Assembly (NCBI GenBank): GCA_033764015.1
Contig: JANRJK010000046.1
Span: 1 to 64,000, forward strand
Direction of reading: 5' to 3'
Origin: Candidatus Sumerlaeia bacterium
Lineage (GTDB): Bacteria; Sumerlaeota; Sumerlaeia; SLMS01; JANRJK01
DNA length: 64,000 nt
Shown here one piece after another: positions 58,491 to 64,000 of this stretch (the stretch's first letter is position 1; each line of letters opens with the position of its first letter). The notes below the pieces were generated by a model. That model was not told where the DNA came from. It made no database searches and worked only from the letters and a program-made list of their open reading frames with translations. Position numbers and translations under genes: made by a program.

Positions 58491-61085
58491 TTACGCCCAG
58501 CGCACCAGGCCCATCTCGACCGGGCTCAGCAGGTCCTTGTTCGCGGGAAGCACGCGGACCGTGTAGTCGAACTCGCCGCTTTCCATGCGTTCGAGGGAGC
58601 CCTCGTACACATGGTAGCGTCCGCCGTCGTCCGCGCGGACCAGCTTCATCGGGATGCGCGTGACCTCGGCGCCGCTGCCGCCGTTGCGCGAGTGCACCGC
58701 TTCGGCGTAGATCTCGACGGTGACGTCCTCCGGCTTGAGGCGCCCGAGCTCGACCTCCGCCGAGACGCGGATCGGCTCGCGCACGTGCACCTCGGAGCTG
58801 TCGGACTCGAGGACGCTGGTGCGCAGGCGGACCATCGGCCAGTTGCCGCGGACCGCGAGCTTCCACTCGGAGAGGTCCTTGGCGCGCTTGAACGACTTCG
58901 CCTTGAACGCCTTGTGGCGCTCCGTGCCGGGGAGGTAGAACTTCTCGACGTACTCGCTCACCATGCGGTCCGTGCTGAACACGGGGGTGAGCGCCTTCAT
59001 CGACGCGCGGACGCGGCGCATCCACGCCCGGGGGATGCCCCGGTCGTCGCGGTCGAAGTAGGTGGGGATCACCTCGTTCTCGAGCGTGCGGTAGAACGAC
59101 TCCGCGTCCACCGCGTCCTGCATCTCCGTGTTGGGGTAGTCGTGGTCGTCGCCGAGGGCCCATCCGGAGAGGGGCTCCATCTCGTACGCCTCCGCCCACC
59201 AGCCGTCGAGGATCGAGACGTTGAGGCCGCCGTTGAGGGGCACCTTCATCCCGGAGGTGCCGGAGGCCTCGAGGGGCTTGCGCGGGTTGTTCAGCCAGAT
59301 GTCGCAGCCGGCGGTGAGGCGGCGGGCGACGTTGATGTCGTAGTTCTCGATGAAGATGATCTTGTTCAGGAACTCGGGCTCGCGCGAGACCATCTGGATC
59401 TGGCGGATCAGCTCCTGGCCCTGCATGTCGGCGGGGTGGGCCTTTCCGGCGAAGACGATCTGCACGGGGCGCTCGCTGTCGTTGAGCAGGCGCGCCAGGC
59501 GGCGGCGGTCGCGGAAGATCAGCGTCGCGCGCTTGTACGTCGCGAAGCGCCGCGCGAAGCCGATCGTCAGCGCGTCGTCCTGGAACACCTTGTCCACCTC
59601 GCGGAGCTGCTCCGGCGTCTCGCCGAAGCGCTCGTGCTGGCGGTAGAGCACCCGGTGGATGAACTTCACCAGCTCGCTCTTCAGCACGCGGCGCACCTCC
59701 CAGATCTCCTCGTCGGGGATCTTGTCCAGGGAGTCCCACAGCTTGCGGTCCATCACGTTGTTGCGCCAGTTCTTCGGCAGGTACTGGTCCATCAGCCCCT
59801 GCATCTCGAAGCTCATCCAGGACAGCGTGTGGACGCCGTTCGTGATCGAGTCGATCGGGGTCTCGACCGGGGGCGCGTCGCGGTACAGGTGCGCCCACAT
59901 GCCGCGGGAGACGTGGCCGTGGATCTTCGACACGCCGTTGGCCATCGAGGCCATGCGGAGCGCGAGCGCCGTCATCGAGAACACGTCCCGGTTGTCCGGC
60001 GCCTTGTCGTAGCCGAGCTCCAGGAAGTCGGCGCGGCTCATGCCGAGCTGCGGGTAGAAGCCGCGGAAGTACTTGTCGATCAGGTCGAAGCCGAAGACGT
60101 CGTTGCCGGCGGGCACCGGAGTGTGCGTCGTGAAGACGGTCGTGGCGCGGACCATTTCGATCGCCTCGGGCACCGACAGCTTGTGCTCGACGACGTATTC
60201 GCGCACGCGCTCCAGCGCGAGGAACGAGCTGTGGCCCTCGTTCATGTGGTAGACGCTCGGCTCCTTGCCCATCGCGCGCAGCGCGCGCACGCCGGCGATG
60301 CCGAGGATGATCTCCTGCTGGATGCGCAGCTCGTGGTCGCCGCCGTAGAGGCGCGCCGTGAGCCGACGGTCCTCGACCGAGTTCTCCGGCACGTCCGCGT
60401 CGAGCAGGTACAGCGAGTTGCGTCCGATGGAGACCTCCCACATGCGCAGGTGGATCGTCCGGGCGCCGATCTCGACGGAGACGTTCACCGCCTCGCCCTT
60501 CTTCGAGCGCGCCGCCTTGATCGGCAGCGTCTCGTAGTCGAACTGGTGGTAGATCGCCTGCTGCACCCCGTTCTCGTCGATGTCCTGGAAGAAGTAGCCT
60601 TCGCGGTACAGGATGCCGACGCCCACGAAGGGGAGCCCGAGGTTCGTCGCCGACTTCACGTGGTCGCCCGCCAGCACGCCGAGGCCGCCGGAGTACTGCG
60701 GCAGCGTGTGGTGCAGGCCGAACTCCGCCGAGAAGTACGCGATCAGGAACTCGGAGCCCTTCTTCTCGATCTTCGAGTACCAGGTGTTCTCGGAGCGGAT
60801 GTACTCCTCGAACATCTCCATCACGCGGTCGTAGAGCCCCAGCACCTCCTTGTCCTTCGCGGCCGCGTCCAGCGCCGACTGGCGCACGCGGCGGAGGAAC
60901 TCGAGGGGGTTGCCGTTGCAGGAGATCCAGGTCGTCAGGTCGATCCGGCGGAACAGGGACCGCGCCAGCGGGTTCCAAGTCCACCACATGTTTTTCGAGA
61001 GGTCGGCCAGGCCCTTCAGGCGGGCGGGGATGTTCGGGACGACCCGGACCCTTCCGAGGAACGTCAAGGGGTGTTGGGCTCGCAT
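58491..61085 (-). CDS. glgP: Alpha-glucan (glycogen) phosphorylase
   Basis: YSGGLGVLAGD, HMNEGH, FTTHTPVPAG, ITNGVH, FARRFATYKR, GKAHP, EASGTSGMK, LDGWW.E. Confidence 0.97.
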   Translation of the reverse strand: MRAQHPLTFLGRVRVVPNIPARLKGLADLSKNMWWTWNPLARSLFRRIDLTTWISCNGNPLEFLRRVRQSALDAAAKDKEVLGLYDRVMEMFEEYIRSENTWYSKIEKKGSEFLIAYFSAEFGLHHTLPQYSGGLGVLAGDHVKSATNLGLPFVGVGILYREGYFFQDIDENGVQQAIYHQFDYETLPIKAARSKKGEAVNVSVEIGARTIHLRMWEVSIGRNSLYLLDADVPENSVEDRRLTARLYGGDHELRIQQEIILGIAGVRALRAMGKEPSVYHMNEGHSSFLALERVREYVVEHKLSVPEAIEMVRATTVFTTHTPVPAGNDVFGFDLIDKYFRGFYPQLGMSRADFLELGYDKAPDNRDVFSMTALALRMASMANGVSKIHGHVSRGMWAHLYRDAPPVETPIDSITNGVHTLSWMSFEMQGLMDQYLPKNWRNNVMDRKLWDSLDKIPDEEIWEVRRVLKSELVKFIHRVLYRQHERFGETPEQLREVDKVFQDDALTIGFARRFATYKRATLIFRDRRRLARLLNDSERPVQIVFAGKAHPADMQGQELIRQIQMVSREPEFLNKIIFIENYDINVARRLTAGCDIWLNNPRKPLEASGTSGMKVPLNGGLNVSILDGWWAEAYEMEPLSGWALGDDHDYPNTEMQDAVDAESFYRTLENEVIPTYFDRDDRGIPRAWMRRVRASMKALTPVFSTDRMVSEYVEKFYLPGTERHKAFKAKSFKRAKDLSEWKLAVRGNWPMVRLRTSVLESDSSEVHVREPIRVSAEVELGRLKPEDVTVEIYAEAVHSRNGGSGAEVTRIPMKLVRADDGGRYHVYEGSLERMESGEFDYTVRVLPANKDLLSPVEMGLVRWA

Positions 61086-61399
61086 CGTGTGTGCGCAAGC
61101 TCCTTCCGGTTTTGGAGTCGAATGGCGCGGACCGATTGGGAAGGGGGGCCGGAGCGGCCGCTCGATGCCGGTGTCGTGCGCCAGGAATGGAAACGGAGTG
61201 GATCCGCCGTTCGCTTCATCAGCGGAAAAGAAACCACCCGCGCTTGAACTGGGTCAAGCGCGGGCGGGTTGTGTTGGCCACAGGCCGGACTCAGGGAAAT
61301 TCCCTATTGCCTCGACCGGGTGTGGAAAAACAGGAACGCGAGGGCCTGCCGGAACCCCTCCCCGCTGGCCCTCGCTTCCTCCCGCGACGGATTCGGCGG

Positions 61400-62698
61400 C
61401 TACTCGATCTTTCGGATCGAGTCCGCCGAGTCCACGCGAAGCACCATCTGAGACCGAAGCCTCGAAAACTCGCCCTTCCCCGCGACCAGCAGCTTGCTGC
61501 CGGTGACGAGCCGCTCGCGGAGACCCTCCGTCGCGGCCAACTCCTTATCCAGGAAAGCAACCGCCACGCCATCGTCGTCCTTGAGCACCAGGAACGTACC
61601 GGCCGGCGTGTCGTTCAACCGCGTCAACGTGGCGGCCATCGCGACTTCCTTGCCTTCCAGGCTGCGCGTCAGGCCCACGCTGGTGGTCAGCGCGGGCGTG
61701 TCGCCGCCCATCGCCGCCGCCGCATCCGCCGCCGCGCCGCCTTCCGCCGCGTCCGCCATCGCGACCGCCTCGGCGTTGCGCACGCGGAGCTGCTTCTTGC
61801 CCTGGAAATCGCTGCGGACGCCCTTCGCGCGGATCATCGCGCCGGGCTTCGTCAGCTCTTCCGGCATCGACTCGATCTCGTTCGAGAAATAGACCACGTC
61901 GAGCGACGCCTCGCCGTCCGTCACCGTGATGATGTTCGGCGCGCGGTCGTTCCATGCGGCGCGGAACGACTCGACCTCTCCGAAAACCGTCACCATGCCG
62001 CTGCCCGGCTCCTTGGCGAGCGCCTCGGAGACGGTGAGCTTGTCGCCGCCGGTCGCCAACGCCTTCAGCGCGGTCTTCAGCTTCGCGCCGCCCTCGTCCT
62101 CGCCGGCCGCGGTGAGCCCCTGGATCCGCAAGTTGTTCGGATTCGCGACGCGCACCTGCATGACTCCGCGGTAGTCGCTCAGCGCGCCCCGCACGGAGAC
62201 CTGCAGGCCGACCTCCGGCTCCTTGCCCTCGGTGCCGTGGATCCGCGGCGCCACGTCGGGCCAGTAGACCACCATCACCGGGTCGGTCTCGCGGTCCACC
62301 AGCGTCAGGCGGAAGGGAACGCGGTCGCCGGTCGACGCCTCGTACTTCGCGATGGTGCCGGTGATGGCGAGCTGCTTGCCCATCATGTCGCGCGTCAGCG
62401 TGTCGGCGGCGACCGCGCCGTCGAACGCCGCGAACGGAGCCGTGCTCTTGGCCGCGGTCTCCGTCCCGGCGGGCGCGGCGGCTTGCGCCCCACCCTCCGA
62501 GGCGCCGACTTGCGCAAGGATGATCGGCGTCGGCTCGTACGCCACCACCCGGGCACCGTCACCGGAGACGAAGTAGTCGGGGGGCTTGTTGAAGGGGTCG
62601 GTCAGATCGCCGGTCCCGGAGGACGGCTCGGCCCACGCGGCTGCGAGAGCCGCGGAAATCGCCAAAGTCAGGGTAAACACCGAGAGTTCTCTGCTCAT
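61400..62698 (-). CDS. Exported protein with about three OB-fold-like repeats
   Basis: Signal peptide; repeated ITG.I....L.D......VVY......G..V.V.G....Y/F.G..Q.RV.....I pattern. Confidence 0.75.
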   Translation of the reverse strand: MSRELSVFTLTLAISAALAAAWAEPSSGTGDLTDPFNKPPDYFVSGDGARVVAYEPTPIILAQVGASEGGAQAAAPAGTETAAKSTAPFAAFDGAVAADTLTRDMMGKQLAITGTIAKYEASTGDRVPFRLTLVDRETDPVMVVYWPDVAPRIHGTEGKEPEVGLQVSVRGALSDYRGVMQVRVANPNNLRIQGLTAAGEDEGGAKLKTALKALATGGDKLTVSEALAKEPGSGMVTVFGEVESFRAAWNDRAPNIITVTDGEASLDVVYFSNEIESMPEELTKPGAMIRAKGVRSDFQGKKQLRVRNAEAVAMADAAEGGAAADAAAAMGGDTPALTTSVGLTRSLEGKEVAMAATLTRLNDTPAGTFLVLKDDDGVAVAFLDKELAATEGLRERLVTGSKLLVAGKGEFSRLRSQMVLRVDSADSIRKIE

Positions 62699-62775
62699 TT
62701 CTGCACCCCTTCAGTTACTTCCGACACCGAAGCGTGACAGTGGGACACAGGGGTGCCCCACACGCAAGTCCAAAA

Positions 62776-62792
62776 TTTGACTGAAGGTCAAA
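62776..62792. promoter_or_regulatory. Palindromic candidate operator in a divergent promoter region
   Basis: TTTGAC-TGAAG-GTCAAA, an AT-rich inverted repeat in a GC-rich genome. Confidence 0.45.
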
Positions 62793-62944
62793 GGTCGGCC
62801 GCCGGGATTCGCCGTGTCAAGGCGCGCGACGCCCCGGAAGGTGGCGCCAAACCTTGACGCTTCGCGGGCGTCGCCTCATATAGGTCTGGCTGGCGAAGGG
62901 CGCCCAACTCCCTCCGCGCCGTCCGCACGAGGAGTTATCCGCTG

Positions 62945-64000
62945 ATGAAGCTGCGTTTGCTGGCGGCCCTTGCCGCATCGCTCGCCCTGACCGCCGCGTC
63001 CCCGGCGTCGAAGATCACCCTGCGCAACGGCACCACCATCGAGGCGCGCGTCGTGTCCGAGGACCGCACCGCGCTCAACGTGCAGCGCGCCGACGGATCG
63101 ATGATGCGCATCCCGCGCAACCTGGTGGTCTCCATCGAGGAGTCCGCGCCCGGCGTGCTCGAGCTGCAGCAGGCGGCCGAGGCGGTGCGCCGCAACGAAC
63201 TGCCGCGCGCGCAAGAGCTCCTCAAGGAGGCCCGCGCCAAGGGCGCCCCCGCGGACCAGCTCGCCGGCGTCGAAGCGAGCCTCGAAGCCCGCGCCCGCGA
63301 ACTGGACCTGATGGTCCACAAGGAGCAGCTCGACGCCGCCGCCGCGGCCGAGGCCCGGGGCGACCTCCAGACCGCCGTGAACGTCCTCGGGTCCGTGCAC
63401 GCCGCGCTCGACGCGGACTCGGCGATCAAGCCGGAACTCGCCGAGCGCCTCGTCGCGCTCCACCTCCAGCGCGCCCGCAACTTCCGCGACGTCGTCGACG
63501 ACGTCTCCGCCATCGGCGCGCTCCGCGCGGTGACGGAGCTCGACCCCTCGCGCATCGAGCCCTATATGGAGCTCGCCGAACTCTACGCCAAGAACTCGCG
63601 CACGCGCACCGACGCCATCGCCGCCTACGAGAAGGGCCTCCAGCTCGGCGGCGCCAAGCTCGCCGCGCGGCAGAAGGCCGACATCCACTGGCGCATCGGC
63701 GAAATCCACCGCGAGCTGCTCGACTGGCCCATGGCCTTCAAGAACTACGTCGACGCCCACCGCCTCGACCCCATGGCGAACCCGCGCCTCGCGGACCGCC
63801 TCGTCACCACCGGCGAGCGCACCGTCGAAATCTGGTCGCTCAACGAGCCCGCCCGCGCGATCCTCGGCATCGACATCATCCTCGCCGTCCGCGAGATCCC
63901 CGACCTGCTCAACATCAAGGGCCGCCTCCAGGTGGAGCAGAAGGACTTCGACGGCGGCCTCGAAACCTACCGCCGCCTCCTCGCCATCGACTCGCGCTAC
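62945..64000 (+). CDS. Exported tetratricopeptide-repeat protein, 3'-partial
   Basis: GAGGAG RBS; MKLRLLAALAASLALTAASPA signal; ITLRNG..IE.RVV N-terminal domain; TPR-like helices (AIAAYEKGL, IHWRIGEI, GLETYRRLL). Open to the window end. Confidence 0.85.
   Translation, partial: MKLRLLAALAASLALTAASPASKITLRNGTTIEARVVSEDRTALNVQRADGSMMRIPRNLVVSIEESAPGVLELQQAAEAVRRNELPRAQELLKEARAKGAPADQLAGVEASLEARARELDLMVHKEQLDAAAAAEARGDLQTAVNVLGSVHAALDADSAIKPELAERLVALHLQRARNFRDVVDDVSAIGALRAVTELDPSRIEPYMELAELYAKNSRTRTDAIAAYEKGLQLGGAKLAARQKADIHWRIGEIHRELLDWPMAFKNYVDAHRLDPMANPRLADRLVTTGERTVEIWSLNEPARAILGIDIILAVREIPDLLNIKGRLQVEQKDFDGGLETYRRLLAIDSRY

Overview
This is a very GC-rich bacterial window (roughly 70% GC by eye; lineage not determinable from sequence alone) with about 57 protein-coding genes. 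I recognised no rRNA, tRNA, CRISPR array, transposase or integrase. 1-13.5 kb is a respiratory operon: alternative complex III (partial actB, actC-F), a membrane-anchored di-haem cytochrome c, and an A2-type aa3 oxidase with Cox15-type CtaA, CtaB and Cox11-type CtaG. 13.5-38.9 kb holds housekeeping and envelope genes (otsB, PP2C, tandem amidohydrolases, ribF, grpE, an orphan membrane fusion protein, a 1230-aa CapD/PglF-GT2 fusion divergent from an exeA/exeB-like pair, pgl, cysS, rnj) plus two solitary HNH nuclease genes. 38.9-64 kb holds mutT, a GT-C-like membrane protein, a HAD phosphatase coupled to a glycerol-1-phosphate dehydrogenase-like gene, thiO, a peroxiredoxin behind a consensus sigma-54 promoter, a secreted protein split by an in-frame TAG, a two-gene ATPase/TOPRIM-like candidate defence module, a GNAT-deacetylase-sigma54 activator cluster, iscS, glgP, an exported multi-OB-fold protein and a partial TPR protein. 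The leads I rate highest are the ACIII/oxidase architecture, the dehydratase-glycosyltransferase fusion facing Pro/Thr-rich ExeA/B proteins, the phosphatase-G1PDH pair, the candidate defence genes, and an apparent compositional junction inside actB. All family calls come from motif recognition, not database searches.
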